Shown here: piece by piece, positions 48,162-60,042 of the stretch | Layout of the letters: each line of letters begins with the position of its first letter | How positions within the stretch are numbered: the stretch's first letter is position 1 | NCBI GenBank assembly: GCA_963825775.1 | Contig: CAWGUV010000010.1 | Coordinates: forward strand, 43,144 to 107,143 | Length of the DNA stretch: 64,000 bases | DNA from: an uncultured Thermoleophilaceae bacterium | Lineage (GTDB): Bacteria; Actinomycetota; Thermoleophilia; Solirubrobacterales; Thermoleophilaceae | Reading direction: 5' to 3' | The notes under the pieces: model-generated | Told to the model about the DNA's origin: nothing | The model's database searches: none | The model's input: only the letters and a program-made list of their open reading frames with translations | Translations under genes and position numbers: made by a program

Positions 48162-49514
48162 ATGCGAGCTCAGCCGCCGGAGCGCCCGGTGGGCGCCAAG
48201 CTCGAGCTGACCCACGCGTGCAACCTGCGCTGCGGGTTCTGTTACACCGATTCGCCCCGCCACACCCTGCTGCGCACACCCGACCTGCCCGACGAGGCGT
48301 GGCACCGGATCGCATCCGAGGCCGCCGACCTTGGTGTGATCGAGCTCGTCCTCACCGGCGGCGAGCCGTTCCTGCGCCGCGACCTGGTGCTCTCGCTGCT
48401 CGACGAGCTGTCAGGCCGCGACGTGGGGCTCACGCTCAACACCAACGGCTGGTTCGTGGACGATGAGATCGCCGACCGCCTCGCGGAGGTGCCCGGCCTC
48501 CAGGTGGACATCTCGATCGACGGCGCCACGCCCGCGCTCCACGACGCGTCACGCGGCGTACCGGGAAGCTGGCGTCGCGCCGTCGAGGCCGCGGGGCGCC
48601 TGCTGGACCGTGGTGTGCGCCTTCAGGTGGTGCATGTCGTCACGCCGGTCAACGAGGCGTTCTTCGAGTCGATGCTCGAGCAGATGTGGACCCTCGGCGC
48701 GACCTCGGTGCGGGCGACCCCGGTGGTCGAGGTCGGCGCGGCCGCCCGAGGAGGCCGGTGGCCGGTGAACCGCGATCGGCTGCGACGCACGATTCGCTCG
48801 TTCAAGAAGGCGCACGGCGACGGCATGCGCGTGACCCTGCAACACGGGAACGCGGGCGTGCTCGCCATCCACGATCACGCGGCGCCGGTGTCGATGCTCG
48901 TGCGCCCGGGCGGCGCGGTGCTCACGGACTCACTGCACCCGTTCCGGTTCGGCAACGCGCTGGAGGACGGGCTGGAGCAGTGCTGGCAGCGGATCGTGTC
49001 GGACTGGCGCGACCCCGAGATGTCGCGCTGGGCACGCTCCTTCCGGGGATCGCGTGACCTGGCGGACGGGAACCTGGTGCCCTACCTCAGCGACGAGGTG
49101 GAGGTGGGCGAGCGCGCCGAGGCGCCGTCACATATCTCCGACGCCGTTCCCGAACGCTCCCAGCCGCGAGACGACAGCGGCGACCCGGCCGAGAACCTCG
49201 CGCGCGCCCGTGACCACGTGCGCGGCCTGGCGCTGGACCGCCGCTACCGCATGGCGCCCGCGAAGCTGGGCGGCGGGCCGGAGGAGCACTACGTGCGCCA
49301 GCCCGAGAGCGGTCGCGTCGTGCGTCTCAATGCCTCGGCCATGGCGATGCTGCGCGAGCTCGACGACGGCTCGGGCGCCGAGGCGGTCGAGCGCCTGGCC
49401 GATCGCTGGGCCGGCATCGAACGCTCACGCCTGGAGGCCGACGTGCTGGCCACCGGCCGATCCCTCCTGCGCGAGGGGATCCTGCAGCCCGCCGGCGCAC
49501 CGGTCAACGCCTAG
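48162..49514 (+). CDS. Radical SAM enzyme with Cys-less SPASM-like region and C-terminal PqqD-like (RRE) domain
   Basis: 450 aa with the CX3CX2C motif in ELTHACNLRCGFCY and GGEPFL. The C-terminal ~75 aa are YVRQPESGRVVRLNASAMAMLRELDDGSGAEAVERLADRWAGIERSRLEADVLATGRSLLREGIL, which is PqqD-like. There are only 4 Cys in the whole protein. Confidence 0.85.
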   Translation: MRAQPPERPVGAKLELTHACNLRCGFCYTDSPRHTLLRTPDLPDEAWHRIASEAADLGVIELVLTGGEPFLRRDLVLSLLDELSGRDVGLTLNTNGWFVDDEIADRLAEVPGLQVDISIDGATPALHDASRGVPGSWRRAVEAAGRLLDRGVRLQVVHVVTPVNEAFFESMLEQMWTLGATSVRATPVVEVGAAARGGRWPVNRDRLRRTIRSFKKAHGDGMRVTLQHGNAGVLAIHDHAAPVSMLVRPGGAVLTDSLHPFRFGNALEDGLEQCWQRIVSDWRDPEMSRWARSFRGSRDLADGNLVPYLSDEVEVGERAEAPSHISDAVPERSQPRDDSGDPAENLARARDHVRGLALDRRYRMAPAKLGGGPEEHYVRQPESGRVVRLNASAMAMLRELDDGSGAEAVERLADRWAGIERSRLEADVLATGRSLLREGILQPAGAPVNA

Positions 49515-50076
49515 CGGCGTCCGCTATCTCACCCACCGTCGTCTGCCAGCCGCGTGTGAGGAGATGGTCCACGCTCTGGCGCTCGGACCGGCTGTGGTAG
49601 CTGCCTCCGCCCGCCTGCGGCCGGCCCGGGCAATCGCCCTTGCGGATCTCGGGCCAGGTCTCCCGGAACAGCGTGACCAGCTCGTCCTGAACCGCCCACC
49701 ACGCGTCCTTCAGCGTCTGCTCGCGGTCGAGCGCGACCTCCCGCTGAGCGATCACCTCACCCGTGTCGAAGTGCTCGTCCATGTGGTGGATAGTCACGCC
49801 GGCGGGCGTCCCCTCGAGCAGGCCCCAGAGCAACGCGTCCCAGCCGCGGTTGTGGGGCAGGAAGCTGTTGTGCAGGTTCACGGCCCGGCCGGGAAACCGC
49901 CCGAGCGCCCATGGCCTGACCCGGTGCAGGTACAGGTGGCTCACCACGAAGTCCGCGCGAAGCACCCGCGGGTCCACCGGCAGCAGCGGGCGCGACGTGC
50001 GGAACACCCGGTCCTCGACCTCGCGCAGGTGGGCAAGCACCGGCGAGTCGGCGCGGCCGAGGAAGAGCACGTCCAT
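49504..50076 (-). CDS. Formyltransferase-fold protein (Formyl_trans_N-like; sugar or peptide N-formyltransferase candidate)
   Basis: 190 aa with NLHNSFLPHNRGWD (HxSLLPxxRG-type motif) and VTIHHMDEHFDTGEVI (catalytic Asp block). Confidence 0.7.
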   Translation of the reverse strand: MDVLFLGRADSPVLAHLREVEDRVFRTSRPLLPVDPRVLRADFVVSHLYLHRVRPWALGRFPGRAVNLHNSFLPHNRGWDALLWGLLEGTPAGVTIHHMDEHFDTGEVIAQREVALDREQTLKDAWWAVQDELVTLFRETWPEIRKGDCPGRPQAGGGSYHSRSERQSVDHLLTRGWQTTVGEIADAARR

Positions 50077-50114
50077 GCCTCGAACCTATCGGCGGGGTGT
50101 GAAAGGGTGTTCCC

Positions 50115-50240
50115 ATGAGCGACCCCAAGAAGCCCCAGGACGATTACGATCCGCCCCAGGTCGAGCAGATCTCAACCGAGTCTGGACCGGCGGTGACCGC
50201 CGCGGGCAAGTCGCCTCCGGACGACGGCCCCGGCAACTAA
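50115..50240 (+). CDS. Small acidic peptide, paralogue 3 (41 aa), candidate RiPP precursor
   Basis: Hand translation: MSDPKKPQDDYDPPQVEQISTESGPAVTAAGKSPPDDGPGN*. It aligns residue-for-residue with paralogues 1 and 2 over the first 34 aa. It is not called in the ORF track. Confidence 0.55.
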   Translation: MSDPKKPQDDYDPPQVEQISTESGPAVTAAGKSPPDDGPGN

Positions 50241-51451
50241 CCCCCGGCCAGCGACTCGGCCAGCTGGGCCGCGTTCGCGGACCCGTCCCACAGGCGCAGC
50301 CTGTCCGCCAGCGCCGCGCTGCGGCGCGCGAACCGCGGCTGGTCCAGCACACGCCTGACCGCCGCCCTCACCGCCCCGTCTCGGCGGGCGGGAGGCCAAA
50401 CCGCCACCCCCACGCCCAGACGCTCGACGCGGTTCACACGCGCGGTCTGATCGATCCGGTACGGGGTCACCACCAGCGGGGTTCCGATCGCCAGCGCCTG
50501 GCAGAAGGTGAGGTGGCCTCCGTGCACCACGGCGGCGTCGGCGGCCTCCAGGCACTCGCGGTTGGGCAGCAGGGACGCGGCCCGGATCCGCGGCCCGAGC
50601 TCCTCGAGTTTCCCTGGATCGCAGAGGCCGCCCGTGGTCACGAGCACGTCCACGTCCTCCCCCGCCAGCTCCGTCACGGCCGTGGTGAGCAGATCCGCGC
50701 TTCCGGTCGATCCCTGCGTCACGTAGACGAGCGGGCGATCACCGCGACGTATCGGCGCGCCGGCGCCGGCTGGAGCCGACCAGGCCAGCGGGCCCACGTA
50801 GCTCCAGGTCGGCGGCAGTGCCTTCGCCGGATCGATGAAGGGCGCGCTGGTGATCGCGACCTGCGTGTCGCGCACGCCCCCTCGCGCGGGGTCGCCGTCG
50901 GCCCGGAGGCCGAGCAGGGGCCTGACGGCCCGAACGACGTCATGGGTGCGCGGCCCTGAAGGGGTTCCCCTCGCACGGCGTACTCGGGCCCGCATGACCC
51001 TGAGGGCGCGACGCGGCTTGCGCACGTCGCGCCGGCGGTCACCCCAGACGGTGGCGCGGCGCCCGTAGGGCGTGGTCTGGATGTAGTGCATCAGGTGCAG
51101 CTGGGGCACGCCGGAGACCTCGCAGGCCAGCTGCGCGGCCACGCCGGAGCTGGTGATCACGGCGTCGGGCGCGACGCTGTCGATCACGGATCGATGCGCG
51201 TCCACATGCTCCAGAAGGGAGGTCTCCGACGCGTACCAGCCCGCCGGGTGCCATTCCCGCTCCGGGATCACGTCGGGCACCCGGTGCAGCCGCAGGCCCT
51301 CGGCCTCGATCACGTCCGCGCGGGTGCCTCCGTACGCGATCTCGACCTCATGGCCGTGCTCGCGCAGGCGCCTGCCGACCTCGAGGCACGCTCCCAGGTG
51401 CGCGAGCCCCGAGGTTGGCGCATGGGGCGCCAGCAGGAACCGCGCCGTCAA
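50237..51451 (-). CDS. GT1 family (MGT/OleD-like) glycosyltransferase
   Basis: 404 aa GT-B protein. The C-terminal nucleotide-sugar motif region is AADAAVVHGGHLTFCQALAIGTPLVVTPYRIDQ. TTG start forms a TTGA overlap with the upstream CDF gene's stop. Confidence 0.8.
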   Translation of the reverse strand: MTARFLLAPHAPTSGLAHLGACLEVGRRLREHGHEVEIAYGGTRADVIEAEGLRLHRVPDVIPEREWHPAGWYASETSLLEHVDAHRSVIDSVAPDAVITSSGVAAQLACEVSGVPQLHLMHYIQTTPYGRRATVWGDRRRDVRKPRRALRVMRARVRRARGTPSGPRTHDVVRAVRPLLGLRADGDPARGGVRDTQVAITSAPFIDPAKALPPTWSYVGPLAWSAPAGAGAPIRRGDRPLVYVTQGSTGSADLLTTAVTELAGEDVDVLVTTGGLCDPGKLEELGPRIRAASLLPNRECLEAADAAVVHGGHLTFCQALAIGTPLVVTPYRIDQTARVNRVERLGVGVAVWPPARRDGAVRAAVRRVLDQPRFARRSAALADRLRLWDGSANAAQLAESLAGG

Positions 51452-52359
51452 TCGAGTCGCTCGATCTCGAGCAGGTGGTGAGGCTCACGCTCGTGCTCCA
51501 CCTGGAGCGTCGCGTGCTCGATGCCAAAGCGCTCGGCCAGCAGCTGGGACAGCTCGCGCCGGCGCGCGTGACAGTCGTCGCCCGGCGGGACCATCACGTG
51601 CGCGGACAGGGCGGGGAAGCCCGACGTGACCTCCCAGATGTGCAGGTCGTGCACCTCCTCCACGCCCGGATGAGCGGCCATGGCCTGCCCGATCTCTCGC
51701 GCGTCCATCCCCTTCGGCGTGCCCTCCAGCAGCACGCGGCCGGTGTCCCGCAGCAGCCCGAAGCCGCCCCACAGCATGAGGGCGCAGACGCTCAGCGCCG
51801 CTATCGCGTCGGCCTCGTCGAAGCCCGTGGTCACGATCAGCACGCCGGCCGCCGCCGCGGCCAGCGACGAGAGCAGGTCGGCCAGGTTGTGCAGGAAGGC
51901 GCCCTCCACGTTCAGGCTGGCCCGGTTGGCCCGCGCGAGGGCGAGCGCCGCGGCACCGTTGGCCACCGCGCCCGCCAGGCCCACGGCGATCACGAACGCG
52001 CCGTCCACGTCCATGGGGTCTCCGATCCGGCGCACCGCCTCGAACCCGATCACTCCCGCCAGCACCAGCAGGGCGGCGCCGTTCACCTGCGCGCTCAGGA
52101 TCTCGGTGCGCTTGAGCCCGAAAGTGAAGCGCCCGTCCGGAGGTCGCTCCGCGAGCTTCACGGCCGCCAGCGCCAGGGCGATGGCGCCGGCGTCGGTGAG
52201 CATGTGCGCGGCGTCGGAGATCAGGGCGACCGAGTTGGCGATCAGGCCCGCCGTGATCTCCACGGCCATGAAGCCGAGGTTGATCCACAGCGCGACCCAC
52301 AGCCAGCGCGGAGCCGCGGCGGCCGAGACCCCGTGCGAGTGATCGTGGTGTGCGCCCAT
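51448..52359 (-). CDS. Cation diffusion facilitator (CzcD/ZitB-like) metal efflux transporter
   Basis: His-rich N-terminus MGAHHDHSHG, TM2 motif ALISDAAHMLTD, TM5 LHNLADLL, and a cytoplasmic domain VHDLHIWEVTSG. The ORF is open upstream to 52770 in non-coding-looking sequence. Confidence 0.88.
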   Translation of the reverse strand: MGAHHDHSHGVSAAAAPRWLWVALWINLGFMAVEITAGLIANSVALISDAAHMLTDAGAIALALAAVKLAERPPDGRFTFGLKRTEILSAQVNGAALLVLAGVIGFEAVRRIGDPMDVDGAFVIAVGLAGAVANGAAALALARANRASLNVEGAFLHNLADLLSSLAAAAAGVLIVTTGFDEADAIAALSVCALMLWGGFGLLRDTGRVLLEGTPKGMDAREIGQAMAAHPGVEEVHDLHIWEVTSGFPALSAHVMVPPGDDCHARRRELSQLLAERFGIEHATLQVEHEREPHHLLEIERLD

Positions 52360-52361
52360 GG

Positions 52362-53135
52362 CTAGGGGTCTAACTCGCCCGCGAACAGGCCGAACACGGC
52401 ACCCTGGTCGTCCTGGGCCACGAACAGCTCGCCGGCCGGGACCGGCAGGATCGGCGACAGGCTCGCGCCGCCGAGCTCCTTTACCCGCGCCTCGTGCTCC
52501 TTCAGCCCCGCGGAGGCGAAGTACGGAGTCCAGTTCGGCGGCGCGTCCGTGCCCGGTTGCAGGCCCATAACCCCGCCGTTGAGCCATCCCTCGGAGTTCT
52601 TGAAGCTCCAGAACGACCCCTCTCCGCCCTCGGGCGCCTCGGTCGTCCACCCGAAGAGCTCGGTGTAGAAGGCGATCGCCGCGTCGGGGTCGCTTGTGCT
52701 GAGCTGGTTCCAGCTGAGCGCCCCCGGCACGTTCACCAGCTGGGCGCCCGCGTAGCCGATCGGCTGCCACATGGCCACCACCGCACCCTGCGGATCGGCG
52801 ATTACTGCTAGCCTGCCGCCTTCGCCGACGTCGGTGGGCTGCGCGAGCACGGTGCCTCCCAGGTCGACGGCGCGTCCGACGTCAGCTTCGGCGTCGGTGA
52901 CGGACACATAGCTCAGCCAGTTCGAGGGTATGCCCGCCTCACGCTGGTCGTCCGGCTGACTGATGATGCCGGCCACGATCTTTCCGTCGAGTAGGCAGCC
53001 GGTCCAGCCCCTGTAGGGCTCGCCGTGATCCCATCCGAAGAGCCCCGCGTAGAACGCCTTGCCCCTCTCGGGATCGGCGGCCGCCAAATCGACCGCACAG
53101 AAGGTTCCAGGCGTGTATTCCGACCGTTCGCCCAT
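52362..53135 (-). CDS. Two-domain VOC (glyoxalase/bleomycin-resistance fold) family protein
   Basis: 257 aa with an internal duplication: FYAGLFGWD...[17 protein letters not shown] and FYTELFGWT...[17 protein letters not shown]. Confidence 0.8.
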   Translation of the reverse strand: MGERSEYTPGTFCAVDLAAADPERGKAFYAGLFGWDHGEPYRGWTGCLLDGKIVAGIISQPDDQREAGIPSNWLSYVSVTDAEADVGRAVDLGGTVLAQPTDVGEGGRLAVIADPQGAVVAMWQPIGYAGAQLVNVPGALSWNQLSTSDPDAAIAFYTELFGWTTEAPEGGEGSFWSFKNSEGWLNGGVMGLQPGTDAPPNWTPYFASAGLKEHEARVKELGGASLSPILPVPAGELFVAQDDQGAVFGLFAGELDP

Positions 53136-53160
53136 CGTGGCGCGCAGCGTACAAACCCAG

Positions 53161-53190
53161 GCGACAACTTACCAAAGATAAGCTATACTG
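53161..53190 (+). promoter_or_regulatory. Candidate sigma-70-type promoter (-35 GCGACA, 18-nt spacer, -10 TATACT) for the sigma-factor gene
   Basis: The only AT-rich patch in the 60-nt intergenic gap. The -10 hexamer ends 5 nt before the GTG at 53196, which suggests a leaderless or near-leaderless mRNA. Confidence 0.35.
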
Positions 53191-53195
53191 ACACC

Positions 53196-54038
53196 GTGAC
53201 AAAGACCACTCCCGAAGTAACCACAGACTCAATCCAGCTCTTCTTCAACGAAGCGGCCAAGCATCCCCTGCTCACGGCCGCCGAGGAAATCGAGCTCGCC
53301 AAGCGCATCGAGAAGGGTGATCTCGCGGCAAAGGAGCGCATGATCAACGCGAACCTGCGCCTCGTGATCTCCATCGCGCGCAAGTACCAGGGCCAGGGCC
53401 TGCCGCTCGGCGACCTGATCCAGGAGGGCATGCTCGGTCTCATCCGCGCGGTCGAGAAGTTCGACTGGCGCAAGGGCTTCAAGTTCTCCACCTACGGCAC
53501 GCTGTGGGTGCGCCAGGCCATCGGCCGCGGTCTCGCCAACTCGAGCCGCACCGTTCGCCTGCCGGTCCACATCGCCGCTCAGGCGCGCAAGATCCGTGAC
53601 AAGGAGCGCGAGCTGGGCGCGACGCTGCTGCGCGACCCCACCGACGAGGAGCTGTCGGACGCTCTCGGCCTCAGCGCCGAGGAGATCCACGACATCCGCA
53701 TCGCCGACCAGGGGCCGACCAGCCTCGACAAGGGCGTCGGCGCGGACGAGGACACTGCGCTCGGCGATCTGATCGCCGACAAGTCCGACGGCCCCGCCGA
53801 GGAAGCGGAGATCAACGAGCACGACCGCACGGTGATGCGCGCGGTGAGCGATCTGCCCGACCAGGAGCGCGACGTGCTCCGACTGCGATTCGGCATCGGC
53901 CGAGCGGAGCCGGTGGCGCTGCGCGAGACCGGGCGCCAGCTCGGCATGTCGGCGGAGAACGTGCGCCAGATCGAGGACCGGGCGCTGAGGCGCCTGGCCG
54001 ACCGCGAAGAGCTCGCGGCGCTGCGCGAAGCTGCTTAG
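53196..54038 (+). CDS. RNA polymerase sigma-70 family factor, primary-like (group 1/2) without long region 1.1
   Basis: Region 2 [57 protein letters not shown], region 3 [14 protein letters not shown], and region 4 [10 protein letters not shown]...[26 protein letters not shown]. Confidence 0.88.
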   Translation: MTKTTPEVTTDSIQLFFNEAAKHPLLTAAEEIELAKRIEKGDLAAKERMINANLRLVISIARKYQGQGLPLGDLIQEGMLGLIRAVEKFDWRKGFKFSTYGTLWVRQAIGRGLANSSRTVRLPVHIAAQARKIRDKERELGATLLRDPTDEELSDALGLSAEEIHDIRIADQGPTSLDKGVGADEDTALGDLIADKSDGPAEEAEINEHDRTVMRAVSDLPDQERDVLRLRFGIGRAEPVALRETGRQLGMSAENVRQIEDRALRRLADREELAALREAA

Positions 54039-54256
54039 GGCTTGGGCGCCGGCTTCTCCTGAGGCCGGCGCTTCGGCTCCTTGCCGGGCGCGCCGGGATC
54101 CTTGAGGGCGCCGGCGGCGGCTTTCGCCTTGTCGCCTGCGCTCCCCTTGCCCTTCACGATGTCGCCCAGCTCCTGAGCGTCCTCCCGAAGGGCATCCGTG
54201 CCGCCGCGCTTCTCGACCAGCCGCTTCGCCCGCTGTGTAAGCCGTCCTAGGTTCAT
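54035..54256 (-). CDS. Small hydrophilic Lys/Ala/Gly-rich protein (MT0933/CsbD-like, tentative)
   Basis: 73 aa: [51 protein letters not shown]... Composition and length resemble small actinobacterial stress/antitoxin-like proteins. Weak call. Confidence 0.4.
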   Translation of the reverse strand: MNLGRLTQRAKRLVEKRGGTDALREDAQELGDIVKGKGSAGDKAKAAAGALKDPGAPGKEPKRRPQEKPAPKP

Positions 54257-54316
54257 GTCCCGACCCTAGCGCCCGCCGCTGGCGGCTACCCCCTATCGGG
54301 GGTAGCTTGGGCCGGA

Positions 54317-55468
54317 GTGGCGCAACGTGCGGCCCTCTTGGCCCTCCTTCTGGCTGCCGTCATCTACCCGGCCGCACCCGCGCGGGCGCAGTGGCTGCAA
54401 TCTGATCCCTGGGTCGAGCCCGGCATCGTCTCCACCGGAGATGGCGATCTCTACGTCGAGCCGAACGAACACGTGCGGATGCGTCCTCGCCTGCACAACG
54501 ACGGCTTCGACCCCGACACGCTGACCACCGTTCGCGGGACTCTCGACTGGTCCGGGATCGTCTCGGCTCCCAGCGGGCAACTGATCTGGCCTGACCTCGC
54601 TCCCCACGAGTCGGCGCCTGCGATCAACGAGTTGGCCATCGACCCCATGGCGAGCTACGCGTTCGAGTGCGGACAGGAGCTCCAAGTGGACATAGATGTT
54701 CAGACCGACCAGGGGCGCAAATGGGCCCCGCTAACGATTCCAACGGGCGAACCTGACGGTCGCTGCCAGAACGACAACAACATCCCGCCGCGCTTCTCCC
54801 TCCGGCTGTACCAGACCCCGGCATACGTCGGCAATTGGAACCAGATCGGCTTCTGGGACACGCAGGATCCAGACGGGTGGATCGCGTCGGTTCGCGTGAC
54901 GGTCAACGGGCGTGACGTGACCTACGAGGGCGACTACGACGGCGGCTATTCGTTCCAATGGCACACCCTCGGCCGCCGAGTGGTCCGGGTGTCGATGACC
55001 GACAACGACGGCGCGACCACCACCAAGACGTTCAACGTGGACGTCGTGCCCAAGCAGGTCCCGCGGCAGTACGGCGGCCGGCCGCCCACCATCGGGCCGC
55101 GCTTCTCCTTCTTCGTGCCTCGCCGCTACCGCACCAAGACAGCCAACCGGATCGGCATTCCGGTGCGGGTCCACTGCCGCAGCGGCTGCGCGGCCGCTGT
55201 GGAGCTCCAACTCACCCGATACCGGGCGCGAAAGCTCGGGATCAGGCCGCTCCCCAAGCAGAGGAAGATCACGATCTCATCGGGCGAGAATCACTACTGG
55301 AACGGCGACCACTCGTTCAGGTTGAGGCCGGACCTGGCGGCCGTTCGCCGAGCCCTTCGCCGCCACCGCCGAGTGCCCGTGCTCCTGAAGGTGACCTCCT
55401 TCGGCCCGACCGGCATCACCCGCAGCACCCAGGCCGAGATCGACCTGATCGGCGTACGGCGCCGCTAG
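54317..55468 (+). CDS. Secreted hypothetical protein with PKD-like domain
   Basis: GTG start after GGAG and signal peptide LLALLLAAVIYPAAPARA. The PKD-like block is YSFQWHTLGRRVVRVSMTDNDGATTTKTFNVDVV. Confidence 0.5.
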   Translation: MAQRAALLALLLAAVIYPAAPARAQWLQSDPWVEPGIVSTGDGDLYVEPNEHVRMRPRLHNDGFDPDTLTTVRGTLDWSGIVSAPSGQLIWPDLAPHESAPAINELAIDPMASYAFECGQELQVDIDVQTDQGRKWAPLTIPTGEPDGRCQNDNNIPPRFSLRLYQTPAYVGNWNQIGFWDTQDPDGWIASVRVTVNGRDVTYEGDYDGGYSFQWHTLGRRVVRVSMTDNDGATTTKTFNVDVVPKQVPRQYGGRPPTIGPRFSFFVPRRYRTKTANRIGIPVRVHCRSGCAAAVELQLTRYRARKLGIRPLPKQRKITISSGENHYWNGDHSFRLRPDLAAVRRALRRHRRVPVLLKVTSFGPTGITRSTQAEIDLIGVRRR

Positions 55469-55889
55469 GACTCGATCGCGAGAAATGCCTCGGCGCGCGC
55501 GATGTCGCGCCGGTGCCGCGCGGCCTCTTCCGAGCCCTCCTCGGCGTTGTTCAGCCCCTCCTCGGCCTCCTTGAGGCGCGACTCCAGGGCTGAGCGGTCC
55601 AGGTCCTCCGGCTTGATCGCGTCCTCCACGATCAGCAGCGCGGAGTTATCGACCACCTGCAGGTAGCCCTCGCCCTGCGCAAACCGGATGGAGTCGCCCC
55701 CCGGCGCGTTCTCCGAGCCGGACTCGTACAGCTTCAGCTCGGTTGGCTCCAGCATCGCCATCAGCGGGGCATGGTTGGCCAGCACGCCGATCGAGCCGGT
55801 GCCGGTACGGGTCGAGACCATCTCGACCTCGCCCTCGAACACCTGGCCCTCGGGGGTGAGGACCTCTACGGGGAACGTGTTGCGGGCCA

Positions 55890-55890
<1 letters not shown>
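55465..55890 (-). CDS. atpC: F1 ATP synthase subunit epsilon
   Basis: 141 aa: FPVEVLTPEGQVFEGEVEMVSTRTGTGSIGVLANHAPLMAML. Last gene of the atp operon. Confidence 0.9.
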
Positions 55891-57392
<1,502 letters not shown>

Positions 57393-57400
57393 TTATCTCC

Positions 57401-58333
57401 TTAGCTCAAGCCTTCAGCGCCGGCGACCACTTCCATGATCTCCTGGGTGATCTCCGCCTGGCGCACTCTGTTCATCTCGAGGGTCAGGTCCTCGATCATG
57501 TCTGTGGCGTTCTCCTGCGCGTTTCGCATGGCGGTCATGCGCGCGCCGTGCTCCGACGCCGTTGACTCCAGCAGCGCCCGGAAGATGGTGATCTCGATGA
57601 AGTCGGGGATGAGGCGGGCGAGGATCTTCTCCGGGTCGGGCTCGTAGAGCCACTCGCCCTTGATCTCGCCGGACTCCTCGCTCGGATCGACCTCGTCGTC
57701 GGACCCCTCCGCGTCCTCGGCCTCCGCCTCGGCCACGATCTGCGCCATGTCCTGGAGCGGCAGCAGCACATCGGTCCGCACGATCTGCGTGAGCGGGGAG
57801 ACGTAGCCGTTGAAGATGATCTCGACGCGGTCGACACCGCCGTCGATGTACTGGCTGGCCACCTCGGAGGCGATGTCGCGCGCGTTGGAAAACGCGGGGC
57901 GGTCGGTGAAGCCCTGCCACGAGCCCGACATGTCGCGGCCGCGGAACTGCAGCGACGACACGCCGCGGCGCCCGGAGGCGTACCAGAGCACCTCCTTGCC
58001 CTCGGCCTCGAGCTCCTTCGCGCGACTGTTCCCCGCGCGCAGGATCTGCGAGTTGAAGGCGCCGGCCAGACCGCGGTCGCCGGTGATGAGCAGCAGCCCG
58101 ACCTTGTTCTCGCTGTCGTGCTCCTCCAGCAGCGGGAGGTTGGGGATGTTCTCCGCGGCCTCCACCGTGCGCCGCGTCATCCTGCGAACCGCCCGGGCGT
58201 AGGGCCGGAGCGCCTCGATCCGCTGCTCGGCGCGGCGCAGCCTGGCGGCGGCGACCATCTCCATCGCGCGGGTGATCTTCGCGATGTTCTTCACGCTTCC
58301 GATGCGGTTCTTGACGTCCTTTTGGGATGCCAT
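57401..58333 (-). CDS. atpG: F1 ATP synthase subunit gamma
   Basis: MASQKDVKNRIGSVKNIAKITRAMEMVAAARLRRAE...ITQEIMEVVAGAE. Confidence 0.93.
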   Translation of the reverse strand: MASQKDVKNRIGSVKNIAKITRAMEMVAAARLRRAEQRIEALRPYARAVRRMTRRTVEAAENIPNLPLLEEHDSENKVGLLLITGDRGLAGAFNSQILRAGNSRAKELEAEGKEVLWYASGRRGVSSLQFRGRDMSGSWQGFTDRPAFSNARDIASEVASQYIDGGVDRVEIIFNGYVSPLTQIVRTDVLLPLQDMAQIVAEAEAEDAEGSDDEVDPSEESGEIKGEWLYEPDPEKILARLIPDFIEITIFRALLESTASEHGARMTAMRNAQENATDMIEDLTLEMNRVRQAEITQEIMEVVAGAEGLS

Positions 58334-58362
58334 GCCTGATGCCTGATGCCTGAGGCCTCCGC

Positions 58363-60027
<1,665 letters not shown>

Positions 60028-60042
60028 TGGGTTCGTGTCTCC

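Noticed and set aside
47763-49514. PQQ biosynthesis (PqqA/PqqD/PqqE-like)
   Set aside because: There are no pqqB/pqqC genes. The peptides lack the E-x-x-x-Y pattern (paralogue 3 has no Glu before Tyr). The rSAM also lacks the SPASM cysteines that PqqE retains.
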